DNA of 64,000 nt, from assembly GCF_009914755.1 (NCBI RefSeq), contig NC_060939.1; one strand, 5' to 3'. Origin of the DNA: the human T2T-CHM13v2.0 reference genome, Homo sapiens. The notes beneath the pieces are model-generated. The model was not told the DNA's origin. It did not search any database and saw nothing but the letters and a program-made list of their open reading frames with translations. Made by a program: the position numbers and the translations under genes. Each line of letters starts with the position of its first letter. Within the stretch, counting starts at the first letter, position 1. This document shows positions 12,423 through 26,779 of the stretch, one piece after another.

Positions 12423-15400
12423 TTGATGCCATTCCACTCAATTCTGTTCTACTCGACTCCAATACATTCAATTCCATTCCATCCGATTCCATTACATTCT
12501 TTTCATTTCTTATCCATTTCAAGCCATTCCACTCCATTCCATTCCACTCGTTTCCTTTCCACTCGAGTCCATTCCTCTCCAGTCCATTCCGTTCAATCCA
12601 TTCCATTCCAGTCCATTCCATTCGAGTCCGTTCCATTCCAGTCCATTCCATTCGAGTCAATTCCATTCCATTCGATGTCTTTCCATAACGATCCATTCCA
12701 TTCTATTCCTTTCGATTCCATTCCATTCTATTTCATTCCATTCGATTCCCTTCCATTGGACTCCTTTCCATTCGAGTGCATTCCATTCCGTTCCATTTCT
12801 TTCCGTTCTGTACGATTCTTACCGTTCGATTTCATTTTGTTCCAGTCCATTCCTTTCGCGTCCATTCCATTCCATTTCACTCCATTCGATTCCATTCCAC
12901 TCGATTCCACTTCGTTCCATTTCATTGCATTCCATTCTATTCAACTCTATTGCCTTCCATTCCATTCCATTCGATTACATTCCATGCGATTGCATTCGAA
13001 ATCGAATCAATTACATTGCAATCCATTACTATTGAGTCCGTTTTATTCCAGTCCACTGCATTCTGGTCCATTCCATTTGATTCCATTCCATTCTATTCCA
13101 TTCCATACAGTTGCATTCCTTTGGATTCCATGCTATATCTATAAATTCAATTCGAGACCATTGCTTTTGAGTCCATTCTATATGATTCCATTCCATTCAA
13201 GTCCATTACATTTGGTTCAATTCCATTCCATTCCATTCCCTTCCATTCCATTCCAGTTGATATCAATCCATTCGATTCCATTCCATTCGAGCACATTCCA
13301 TTCGAGTCCATTCCATTCGATGCCATTCCATTTGATTCTATGCCATTAGTCTCCATTCAATTCCATTAATCTCCATTCCATTCCATTCTACTCCAACTGA
13401 TTCCATTCCATTCTATTCCTTTCCATTCCATTTCATTCCATTCCATTCCATTTCATTCCATTCCATTCCATTCGTGTCCATTCCACTCCAGTCCATTCCA
13501 TTCGTGTCCATTCCATTCCAGTCCATTCCATTTGTGTCCACTGCATTCCATTCCACTCCATTCCATATTATTCCATTACACTCCATTCCATTCTATTACT
13601 TTCATTTCCATTCAATTCCATTCCATTTGATTCCATTCCACTCGGTTTCATTCCATTTGAGTCCACTCCATTCCATTCCATTCTATTCAGTTCCATTCCA
13701 TTCTGTTCCATTCCATTCCGTTCCATTACATTCCATTCCATTCGGTACCATTCCATATTGTTCCATTCGATTCCATTCGAATCCATTCCATTCCAGTCCA
13801 TTCCATTCGATTCCATTCCATTCATTTCAATTCCATTCCATTCCATTCCATTCCATTCCACTTGATTCCTCTCCATTCCCTTCCACTGCATTCCGTTCGA
13901 TTCCATTCCATTGCATTGCATTCCATTCCATTGGATTGCATTCCATTCGATTCCATTCCATTCGAATCAATTACATAGCAATCCATTACATTCGAGTCTA
14001 TTCTATTCCGTTCCATTCGATTTCGTTCCAATCCATTCGATTCCATTCCATTCGATTCCATTCCATACTATTGCATTCCATTCGATTACATTATATTCGA
14101 ATAAGTTCCATTCAAGACCATTTCTTTTGAGTCCATTCTGTTTGAGTCCATTCCCTTTGATTCCATAACATTTGAGTCCATTCAATTCCATTCCTTTCGT
14201 TTGCATTCCATTTGATGCCATTCCAATCAATTCTGTTCTACTCGACTCCAATACATTCAATTCCATTCCATCCGATTCCATTACATTCTTTTCATTTCTT
14301 ATCCATTTCAAGCCATTCCACTCCATTCCATTCCACTCGTTTCCTTTCCATTCGAGTCCATTCCTCTCCAGTCCATTCCGTTCAATCCATTTCTTTCCAG
14401 TCCATTCCATTCGAGTCCGTTCCATTCCAGTCCTCTCTATTCGAGTCAATTCCATCCCATTCGATGTCTTTCTATAACGATCCATTCCATTCTATTCCTT
14501 TCGATTCCATTCCATTCTACTTCATTCAATTCGATTCCCTTCCATTGGACTCCTTTCCATTCGAGTGCATTCCATTCCGTTCCATTTCTTACCGTTCTGT
14601 ACGATTCCTACCGTTCGATTTCATTTTGTTCCAGTCCATTCCTTTCGCGTCCATTCCATTCCATTTCACTCCATTCGATTCCATTCCACTCGATTCCACT
14701 TCGTTCCATTTCATTGCATTCCATTCTATTCAACTCTATTGCCTTCCATTCCATTCCATTCGATTACATTCCATGCGATTCCGTTCGAAATCGAATCAAT
14801 TACATTGCAATCCATTACTATTGAGTCCATTTTATTCCAGTCTACTGCATTCTGGTCCATTCCATTCTATTCCATTCCATACAGTTGCATTCCATTGGAT
14901 TCCATTCTATATCTATAAATTCAATTCGAGACCATTGCTTTTGAGTCCATTCTATATGATTCCATTCCATTCAAGTCCATTACATTTGGTTCAATTTCAT
15001 TCCATTCCATTCCCTTCCATTCCATTCCAGTTGATATCAATCCATTCGATTCCATTCCATTCGACCACATTCCATTTGAGTCCATTCCATTCGATGCCAT
15101 TCCATTTGATTCTATTCCATTAGTCTCCATTCAATTCCATTAATCTCCATTCCATTCCATTCTACTCCAACTGATTCCATTCCATTCTATTCCTTTCCAT
15201 TCCATTTCATTCCATTCCATTCCATTTCATTCCATTCCATTCCATTCCATTCCATTCGCTTCCATTCCATTCGTGTCCATTCCACTCCAGTCCATTCCAT
15301 TCGTGTCCATTCCATTCCAGTCCATTCCATTTGTGTCCACTGCATTCCATTCCACTCCATTCCATATTATTCCATTACACTCCCTTCCATTCTATTACTT

Positions 15401-18400
15401 TCATTTCCATTCAATTCCATTCCATTTGATTCCATTCCACTCGGTTTCATTCCATTTGAGTCCACTCCATTCCATTCCATTCCATTCCATTCAGTTCCAT
15501 TCCATTCTGTTCCATTCCATTCCGTTCCATTGCATTCCATTCCATTCGGTACCATTCCATATTGTTCCATTCGATTCCATTCGAATCCATTCCATTCCAG
15601 TCCATTCCATTCGATTCCATTCCATTCCTTTCAATTCCATTCCATTCCATTCCATTCCACTTGATTCCACTCCATTCCCTTCCACTGCATTCCATTCGAT
15701 TCCATTCCATTGCATTGCATTCCATTCCATTGGACTGCATTCCATTCGATTCCATTCCATTCGAATCAATTACATAGCAATCCATTACATTCGAGTCTAT
15801 TCTATTCCGTTCCATTCGATTTCATTCCAATCCATTCGATTCCATTCCATTCGATTCCATTCCATACTATTGCATTCCATTCGATTACATTATATTCGAA
15901 TAAGTTCCATTCAAGACCATTTCTTTTGAGTCCATTCTATTTGAGTCCATTCCCTTTGATTCCATAACATTTGAGTCCATTCAATTCCATTCCTTTCGTT
16001 TCCATTCCATTTGATGCCATTCCACTCAATTCTGTTCTACTCGACTCCAATACATTCAATTCCATTCCATCCGATTCCATTACATTCTTTTCATTTCTTA
16101 TCCATTTCAAGCCATTCCACTCCATTCCATTCCACTCGTTTCCTTTCCATTCGAGTCCATTCCTCTCCAGTCCATTCCGTTCAATCCATTCCATTCCAGT
16201 CCATTCCATTCGAGTCCGTTCCATTCCAGTCCATTCCATTCGAGTCAATTCCATTCCATTCGATGTCTTTCCATAACGATCCATTCCATTCTATTCCTTT
16301 CGATTCCATTCCATTCTATTTCATTCCATTCGATTCCCTTCCATTGGACTCCTTTCCATTCGAGTGCATTCCATTCCGTTCCATTTCTTTCCGTTCTGTA
16401 CGATTCTTACCGTTCGATTTCATTTTGTTCCAGTCCATTCCTTTCGCGTCCATTCCATTCCATTTCACTCCATTCGATTCCATTCCACTCGATTCCACTT
16501 CGTTCCATTTCATTGCATTCCATTCTATTCAACTCTATTGCCTTCCATTCCATTCCATTCGATTACATTCCATGCGATTGCATTCGAAATCGAATCAATT
16601 ACATTGCAATCCATTACTATTGAGTCCGTTTTATTCCAGTCCACTGCATTCTGGTCCATTCCATTTGATTCCATTCCATTCTATTCCATTCCATACAGTT
16701 GCATTCCTTTGGATTCCATGCTATATCTATAAATTCAATTCGAGACCATTGCTTTTGAGTCCATTCTATATGATTCCATTCCATTCAAGTCCATTGCATT
16801 TGGTTCAATTCCATTCCATTCCAGTTGATATCAATCCATTCGATTCCATTCCATTCGAGCACATTCCATTCGAGTCCATTCCATTCCATGCCATTCCATT
16901 TGATTCTATGCCATTAGTCTCCATTCAATTCCATTAATCTCCATTCCATTCCATTCTACTCCAACTGATTCCATTCCATTCTATTCCTTTCCATTCCATT
17001 TCATTCCATTCCATTCCATTTCATTCCATTCCATTCCATTCGTGTCCATTCCACTCCAGTCCATTCCATTCGTGTCCATTCCATTCCAGTCCATTCCATT
17101 TGTGTCCACTGCATTCCATTCCACTCCATTCCATATTATTCCATTACACTCCATTCCATTCTATTACTTTCATTTCCATTCAATTCCATTCCATTTGATT
17201 CCATTCCACTCGGTTTCATTCCATTTGAGTCCACTCCATTCCATTCCATTCCATTCAGTTCCATTCCATTCTGTTCCATTCCATTCCGTTCCATTACATT
17301 CCATTCCATTCGGTACCATTCCATATTGTTCCATTCGATTCCATTCGAATCCATTCCATTCCAGTCCATTCCATTCGATTCCATTCCATTCATTTCAATT
17401 CCATTCCATTCCATTCCATTCCATTCCACTTGATTCCTCTCCATTCCCTTCCACTGCATTCCGTTCGATTCCATTCCATTGCATTGCATTCCATTCCATT
17501 GGTTTGCATTCCATTCGATTCCATTCCATTCGAATCAATTACATAGCAATCCATTACATTCGAGTCTATTCTATTCCGTTCCATTCGATTTCGTTCCAAT
17601 CCATTCGATTCCATTCCATTCGATTCCATTCCATACTATTGCATTCCATTCGATTACATTATATTCGAATAAGTTCCATTCAAGACCATTTCTTTTGAGT
17701 CCATTCTATTTGAGTCCATTCCCTTTGATTCCATAACATTTGAGTCCATTCAATTCCATTCCTTTCGTTTGCATTCCATTTGATGCCATTCCAATCAATT
17801 CTGTTCTACTCGACTCCAATACATTCAATTCCATTCCATCCGATTCCATTACATTCTTTTCATTTCTTATCCATTTCAAGCCATTCCACTCCATTCCATT
17901 CCACTCGTTTCCTTTCCATTCGAGTCCATTCCTCTCCAGTCCATTCCGTTCAATCCATTTCTTTCCAGTCCATTCCATTCGAGTCCGTTCCATTCCAGTC
18001 CTCTCTATTCGAGTCAATTCCATCCCATTCGATGTCTTTCCATAACGATCCATTCCATTCTATTCCTTTCGATTCCATTCCATTCTACTTCATTCAATTC
18101 GATTCCCTTCCATTGGACTCCTTTCCATTCGAGTGCATTCCATTCCGTTCCATTTCTTACCGTTCTGTACGATTCCTACCGTTCGATTTCATTTTGTTCC
18201 AGTCCATTCCTTTCGCGTCCATTCCATTCCATTTCACTCCATTCGATTCCATTCCACTCGATTCCACTTCGTTCCATTTCATTGCATTCCATTCTATTCA
18301 ACTCTATTGCCTTCCATTCCATTCCATTCGATTACATTCCATGCGATTCCGTTCGAAATCGAATCAATTACATTGCAATCCATTACTATTGAGTCCATTT

Positions 18401-19588
18401 TATTCCAGTCCACTGCATTCTGGTCCATTCCATTTGATTCCATTCCATTCTATTCCATTCCATACAGTTGCATTCCATTGGATTCCATTCTATATCTATA
18501 AATTCAATTCGAGACCATTGCTTTTGAATCCATTCTATATGATTCCATTCCATTCAAGTCCATTACATTTGGTTCAATTTCATTCCATTCCATTCCCTTC
18601 CATTCCATTCCAGTTGATATCAATCCATTCGATTCCATTCCATTCGAGCACATTCCATTTGAGTCCATTCCATTCGATGCCATTCCATTTGATTCTATTC
18701 CATTAGTCTCCATTCAATTCCATTAATCTCCATTCCATTCCATTCTACTCCAACTGATTCCATTCCATTCTATTCCTTTCCATTCCATTTCATTCCATTC
18801 CATTCCATTTCATTCCATTCCATTCCATTCCATTCGCTTCCATTCCATTCGTGTCCATTCCACTCCAGTCCATTCCATTCGTGTCCATTCCATTCCAGTC
18901 CATTCCATTTGTGTCCACTGCATTCCATTCCACTCCATTCCATATTATTCCATTACACTCCCTTCCATTCTATTACTTTCATTTCCATTCAATTCCATTC
19001 CATTTGATTCCATTCCACTCGGTTTCATTCCATTTGAGTCCACTCCATTCCATTCCATTCCATTCCATTCAGTTCCATTCCATTCTGTTCCATTCCATTC
19101 CGTTCCATTGCATTCCATTCCATTCGGTACCATTCCATATTGTTCCATTCGATTCCATTCGAATCCATTCCATTCCAGTCCATTCCATTCGATTCCATTC
19201 CATTCCTTTCAATTCCATTCCATTCCATTCCATTCCACTTGATTCCACTCCATTCCCTTCCACTGCATTCCATTCGATTCCATTCCATTGCATTGCATTC
19301 CATTCCATTGGACTGCATTCCATTCGATTCCATTCCATTCGAATCAATTACATAGCAATCCATTACATTCGAGTCTATTCTATTCCGTTCCATTCGATTT
19401 CGTTCCAATCCATTCGATTCCATTCCATTCGATTCCATTCCATACTATTGCATTCCATTCGATTACATTATATTCGAATAAGTTCCATTCAAGACCATTT
19501 CTTTTGAGTCCATTCTATTTGAGTCCATTCCCTTTGATTCCATAACATTTGAGTCCATTCAATTCCATTCCTTTCGTTTGCATTCCAT
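12423..19588. repeat. Local dimeric higher-order repeat, two copies (~3.57-3.59 kb)
   Basis: Units 12423 and 16011 (offset 3588) share GCGATTGCATTCG, GCATTCCTTTGG and GATTCTTACC. Units 14212 and 17780 share CCAATCAATT, CCATTTCTTTCCAG and CCTCTCTATT. Confidence 0.85.
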
Positions 19589-22500
19589 TTGATGCCATTC
19601 CATTCAATTCTGTTCTACTCGACTCCAATACATTCAATTCCATTCCATCCGATTCCATTACATTCTTTTCATTTCTTATACATTTCAAGCCATTCCACTC
19701 CACTCCATTCCACTCGTTTCCTTTCCATTCGAGTCCATTCCTCTCCAGTCCATTCCGTTCAATCCATCCCATTCCAGTCCATTCCATTCGAGTCCGTTCC
19801 ATTCCAGTCCATTCCATTCGAGTCAATTCCATTCCATTCGATGTCTTTCCATAACGATCCATTCCATTCTATTCCTTTCGATTCCATTCCATTCTATTTC
19901 ATTCCATTCGATTCCCTTCCATTGGACTCCTTTCCATTCGAGTGCATTCCATTCCGTTCCATTTCTTTCCGTTCTGTACGATTCCTACCGTTCGATTTCA
20001 TTTTGTTCCAGTCCATTCCTTTCGCGTCCATTCCATTCCATTTCACTCCATTCGATTCAATTCCACTCGATTCCACTTCGTTCCATTTCATTGCATTCCA
20101 TTCTATTCAACTCTATTTCCTTCCATTCCATTCCATTCGATTACATTCCATGCGATTCCATTCGAAATCGAATCAATTACATTGCAATCCATTACTATTG
20201 AGTCCGTTTTATTCCAGTCCACTGCATTCTGGTCCATTCCATTTGATTCCATTCCATTTTATTCCATTCCATACAGTTGCATTCCATTGGATTCCATGCT
20301 ATATCTATAAATTCAATTCGAGACCATTGCTTTTGAGTCCATTCTATATGATTCCATTCCATTCAAGTCCATTACATTTGGTTCAATTCCATTCCATTCC
20401 ATTCCCTTCCATTCCATTCCAGTTGATATCAATCCATTCGATTCCATTCCATTCGAGCACATTCCATTCGAGTCCATTCCATTCCATGCCATTCCATTTG
20501 ATTCTATGCCATTAGTCTCCATTCAATTCCATTAATCTCCATTCCATTCCATTCTACTCCAACTGATTCCATTCCATTCTATTCCTTTCCATTCCATTTC
20601 ATTCCATTCCATTCCATTTCATTCCATTCCATTCCATTCGTGTCCATTCCACTCCAGTCCATTCCATTCGTGTCCATTCCATTCCAGTCCATTCCATTTG
20701 TGTCCACTGCATTCCATTCCACTCCATTCCATATTATTCCATTACACTCCATTCCATTCTATTACTTTCATTTCCATTTAATTCCATTCCATTTGATTCC
20801 ATTCCACTCGGTTTCATTCCATTTGAGTCCACTCCATTCCATTCCATTCCATTCCATTCAGTTCCATTCCATTCTGTTCCATTCCATTCCGTTCCATTGC
20901 ATTCCATTCCATTCGGTACCATTCCATATTGTTCCATTCGATTCCATTCGAATCCATTCCATTCCAGTCTATTCCATTCGATTCCATTCCATTCCTTTCA
21001 ATTCCATTCCATTCCATTCCATTCCACTTGATTCCACTCCATTCCCTTCCACTGCATTCCATTCGATTCCATTCCATTGCATTGCATTCCATTCCATTGG
21101 ACTGCATTCCATTCGATTCCATTCCATTCGAATCAATTACATAGCAATCCATTACATTCGAGTCTATTCTATTCCGTTCCATTCGATTTCATTCCAATCC
21201 ATTCGATTCCATTCCATACTATTGCATTCCATTCTATTACATTATATTCGAATAAGTTCCATTCAAGACCATTTCTTTTGAGTCCATTCTATTTGAGTCC
21301 ATTCCCTTTGATTCCATAACATTTGAGTCCATTCAATTCCATTCCTTTCGTTTCCATTCCATTTGATGCCATTCCACTCAATTCTGTTCTACTCGACTCC
21401 AATACATTCAATTCCATTCCATCCGATTCCATTACATTCTTTTCATTTCTTATCCATTTCAAGCCATTCCACTCCATTCCATTCCACTCGTTTCCTTTCC
21501 ATTCGAGTCCATTCCTCTCCAGTCCATTCCGTTCAATCCATTCCATTCCAGTCCATTCCATTCGAGTCCGTTCCATTCCAGTCCTCTCTATTCGAGTCAA
21601 TTCCATCCCATTCGATGTCTTTCCATAACGATCCATTCCATTCTATTCCTTTCGATTCCATTCCATTCTACTTCATTCAATTCGATTCCCTTCCATTGGA
21701 CTCCTTTCCATTCGAGTGCATTCCATTCCGTTCCATTTCTTACCGTTCTGTACGATTCCTACCGTTCGATTTCATTTTGTTCCAGTCCATTCCTTTCGCG
21801 TCCATTCCATTCCATTTCACTCCATTCGATTCCATTCCACTCGATTCCACTTCGTTCCATTTCATTGCATTCCATTCTATTCAACTCTATTGCCTTCCAT
21901 TCCATTCCATTCGATTACATTCCATGCGATTCCGTTCGAAATCGAATCAATTACATTGCAATCCATTACTATTGAGTCCATTTTATTCCAGTCCACTGCA
22001 TTCTGGTCCATTCCATTTGATTCCATTCCATTCTATTCCATTCCATACAGTTGCATTCCATTGGATTCCATTCTATATCTATAAATTCAATTCGAGACCA
22101 TTGCTTTTGAATCCATTCTATATGATTCCATTCCATTCAAGTCCATTACATTTGGTTCAATTCCATTCCATTCCATTCCCTTCCATTCCATTCCAGTTGA
22201 TATCAATCCATTCGATTCCATTCCATTCGAGCACATTCCATTTGAGTCCATTCCATTCGATGTCATTCCATTTGATTCTATTCCATTAGTCTCCATTCAA
22301 TTCCATTAATCTCCATTCCATTCCATTCTACTCCAACTGATTCCATTCCATTCTATTCCTTTCCATTCCATTTCATTCGATTCCATTCCATTTCATTCCA
22401 TTCCATTCCATTTCATTCCATTCAATTCCATTCGTGTCCATTCCACTCCAGTCCATTCCATTCGTGTCCATTCCATTCCATTCCATTCCATTTGTGTCCA

Positions 22501-25500
22501 CTGCATTCCATTCCACTCCATTCCATATTATTCCATTACACTCCATTCCATTCTATTACTTTCATTTCCATTTAATTCCATTCCATTTGATTCCATTCCA
22601 CTCGGTTTCATTCCATTTGAGTCCACTCCATTCCATTCCATTCCATTCCATTCAGTTCCATTCCATTCTGTTCCATTCCATTCCGTTCCATTGCATTCCA
22701 TTCCATTCGGTACCATTCCATATTGTTCCATTCGATTCCATTCGAATCCATTCCATTCCAGTCCATTCCATTCGATTCCATTCCATTCCTTTCAATTCCA
22801 TTCCATTCCATTCCATTCCACTTGATTCCACTCCATTCCCTTCCACTGCATTCCATTCGATTCCATTCCATTGCATTGCATTCCATTCCATTGGACTGCA
22901 TTCCATTCGATTCCATTCCATTCGAATCAATTACATAGCAATCCATTACATTCGAGTCTATTCTATTCCGTTCCATTCGATTTCGTTCCAATCCATTCGA
23001 TTCCATTCCATTCGATTCCATTCCATACTATTGCATTCCATTCGATTACATTATATTCGAATAAGTTCCATTCAAGACCATTTCTTTTGAGTCCATTCTA
23101 TTTGAGTCCATTCCCTTTGATTCCATAACATTTGAGTCCATTCAATTCCATTCCTTTCGTTTGCATTCCATTTGATGCCATTCCATTCAATTCTGTTCTA
23201 CTCGACTCCAATACATTCAATTCCATTCCATCCGATTCCATTACATTCTTTTCATTTCTTATCCATTTCAAGCCATTCCACTCCACTCCATTCCACTCGT
23301 TTCCTTTCCATTCGAGTCCATTCCTCTCCAGTCCATTCCGTTCAATCCATTCCATTCCAGTCCATTCCATTCGAGTCCGTTCCATTCCAGTCCATTCCAT
23401 TCGAGTCAATTCCATTCCATTCGATGTCTTTCCATAACGATCCATTCCATTCTATTCCTTTCGATTCCATTCCATTCTATTTCATTCCATTCGATTCCCT
23501 TCCATTGGACTCCTTTCCATTCGAGTGCATTCCATTCCGTTCCATTTCTTTCCGTTCTGTACGATTCCTACCGTTCGATTTCATTTTGTTCCAGTCCATT
23601 CCTTTCGCGTCCATTCCATTCCATTTCACTCCATTCGATTCCATTCCACTCGATTCCACTTCGTTCCATTTCATTGCATTCCATTCTATTCAACTCTATT
23701 GCCTTCCATTCCATTCCATTCGATTACATTCCATGCGATTCCATTCGAAATCGAATCAATTACATTGCAATCCATTACTATTGAGTCCGTTTTATTCCAG
23801 TCCACTGCATTCTGGTCCATTCCATTTGATTCCATTCCATTTTATTCCATTCCATACAGTTGCATTCCATTGGATTCCATGCTATATCTATAAATTCAAT
23901 TCGAGACCATTGCTTTTGAGTCCATTCTATATGATTCCATTCCATTCAAGTCCATTACATTTGGTTCAATTCCATTCCATTCCATTCCCTTCCATTCCAT
24001 TCCAGTTGATATCAATCCATTCGATTCCATTCCATTCGAGCACATTCCATTCGAGTCCATTCCATTCGATGCCATTCCATTTGATTCTATTCCATTAGTC
24101 TCCATTCAATTCCATTAATCTCCATTCCATTCCATTCTACTCCAACTGATTCCATTCCATTCTATTCCTTTCCATTCCATTTCATTCCATTCCATTCCAT
24201 TTCATTCCATTCCATTCCATTCGCTTCCATTCCATTCGTGTCCATTCCACTCCAGTCCATTCCATTCGTGTCCATTCCATTCCAGTCCATTCCATTTGTG
24301 TCCACTGCATTCCATTCCACTCCATTCCATATTATTCCATTACACTCCATTCCATTCTATTACTTTCATTTCCATTCAATTCCATTCCATTTGATTCCAT
24401 TCCACTCGGTTTCATTCCATTTGAGTACACTCCATTCCATTCCATTCCATTCCATTCCATTCAGTTCCATTCCATTCTGTTCCATTCCATTCAGTTCCAT
24501 TGCATTCCATTCCATTCGGTACCATTCCATATTGTTCCATTCGATTCCATTCGAATCCATTCCATTCCAGTCCATTCCATTCGATTCCATTCCATTCCTT
24601 TCAATTCCATTCCATTCCATTCCATTCCACTTGATTCCACTCCATTCCCTTCCACTGCATTCCATTCGATTCCATTCCATTGCATTGCATTCCATTCCAT
24701 TGGACTGCATTCCATTCGATTCCATTCCATTCGAATCAATTACATAGCAATCCATTACATTCGAGTCTATTCTATTCCGTTCCATTCGATTTCGTTCCAA
24801 TCCATTCGATTCCATTCCATTCGATTCCATTCCATACTATTGCATTCCATTCGATTACATTATATTCGAATAAGTTCCATTCAAGACCATTTCTTTTGAG
24901 TCCATTCTATTTGAGTCCATTCCCTTTGATTCCATAACATTTGAGTCCATTCAATTCCATTCCTTTCGTTTCCATTCCATTTGATGCCATTCCATTCAAT
25001 TCTGTTCTACTCGACTCCAATACATTCAATTCCATTCCATCCGATTCCATTACATTCTTTTCATTTCTTATCCATTTCAAGCCATTCCACTCCATTCCAT
25101 TCCACTCGTTTCCTTTCCATTCGAGTCCATTCCTCTCCAGTCCATTCCGTTCAATCCATTCCATTCCAGTCCATTCCATTCGAGTCCGTTCCATTCCAGT
25201 CCAATCCATTCGAGTCAATTCCATCACATTCGATGTCTTTCCATAACGATCCATTCCATTCTATTCCTTTCGATTCCATTCCATTCTATTTCATTCCATT
25301 CGATTCCCTTCCATTGGACTCCTTTCCATTCGAGTGCATTCCATTCCGTTCCATTTCTTTCCGTTCTGTACGATTCCTACCGTTCGATTTCATTTTGTTC
25401 CAGTCCATTCCTTTCGCGTCCATTCCATTCCATTTCACTCCATTCGATTCCATTCCACTCGATTCCACTTCGTTCCATTTCATTGCATTCCATTCTATTC

Positions 25501-26779
25501 AACTCTATTGCCTTCCATTCCATTCCATTCGATTACATTCCATGCGATTCCATTCGAAATCGAATCAATTACATTGCAATCCATTACTATTGAGTCCATT
25601 TTATTCCAGTCCACTGCATTCTGGTCCATTCCATTTGATTCCATTCCATTCTATTCCATTCCATACAGTTGCATTCCATTGGATTCCATTCTATATCTAT
25701 AAATTCAATTCGAGACCATTGCTTTTGAATCCATTCTATATGATTCCATTCCATTCAAGTCCATTACATTTGGTTCAATTCCATTCCATTCCATTCCCTT
25801 CCATTCCATTCCAGTTGATATCAATCCATTCGATTCCATTCCATTCGAGCACATTCCATTCGAGTCCATTCCATTCGATGCCATTCCATTTGATTCTATT
25901 CCATTAGTCTCCATTCAATTCCATTAATCTCCATTCCATTCCACTCTACTCCAACTGATTCCATTCCATTCTATTCCTTTCCATTCCATTTCATTCCATT
26001 CCATTCCATTCCATTCCATTCCATTCGCTTCCATTCCATTCGTGTCCATTCCACTCCAGTCCATTCTATTCGTGTCCATTCCATTCCAGTCCATTCCATT
26101 TGTGTCCACTGCATTCCATTCCACTCCATTCCATATTATTCCATTACACTCCATTCCATTCTATTACTTTCATTTCCATTCAATTCCGTTCCATTTGATT
26201 CCATTCCACTCGGTTTCATTCCATTTGAGTCCACTCCATTCCATTCCATTCCATTCCATTCAGTTCCATTCCATTCTGTTCCATTCCATTCCGTTCCATT
26301 GCATTCCATTCCATTCGGTACCATTCCATATTGTTCCATTCGATTCCATTCGAATCCATTCCATTCCAGTCCATTCCATTCGATTCCATTCCATTCCTTT
26401 CAATTCCATTCCATTCCATTCCATTCCACTTGATTCCACTCCATTCCCTTCCACTGCATTCCATTCGATTCCATTCCATTGCATTGCATTCCATTCCATT
26501 GGACTGCATTCCATTCGATTCCATTCCATTCGAATCAATTACATAGCAATCCATTACATTCGGGTCTATTCTATTCCGTTCCATTTGATTTCATTCCAAT
26601 CCATTCGATTCCATTCCATACTATTGCATTCCATTCTACTACATTATATTCCAATAAGTTCCATTCAAGACCATTTCTTTTGAGTCCATTCTATTTGAGT
26701 CCATTCTATTTGAATCCATTCCCTTTGATTCCATAACATTTGAGTCCATTCAATTCCATTCCTTTCGTTTCCATTCCAT

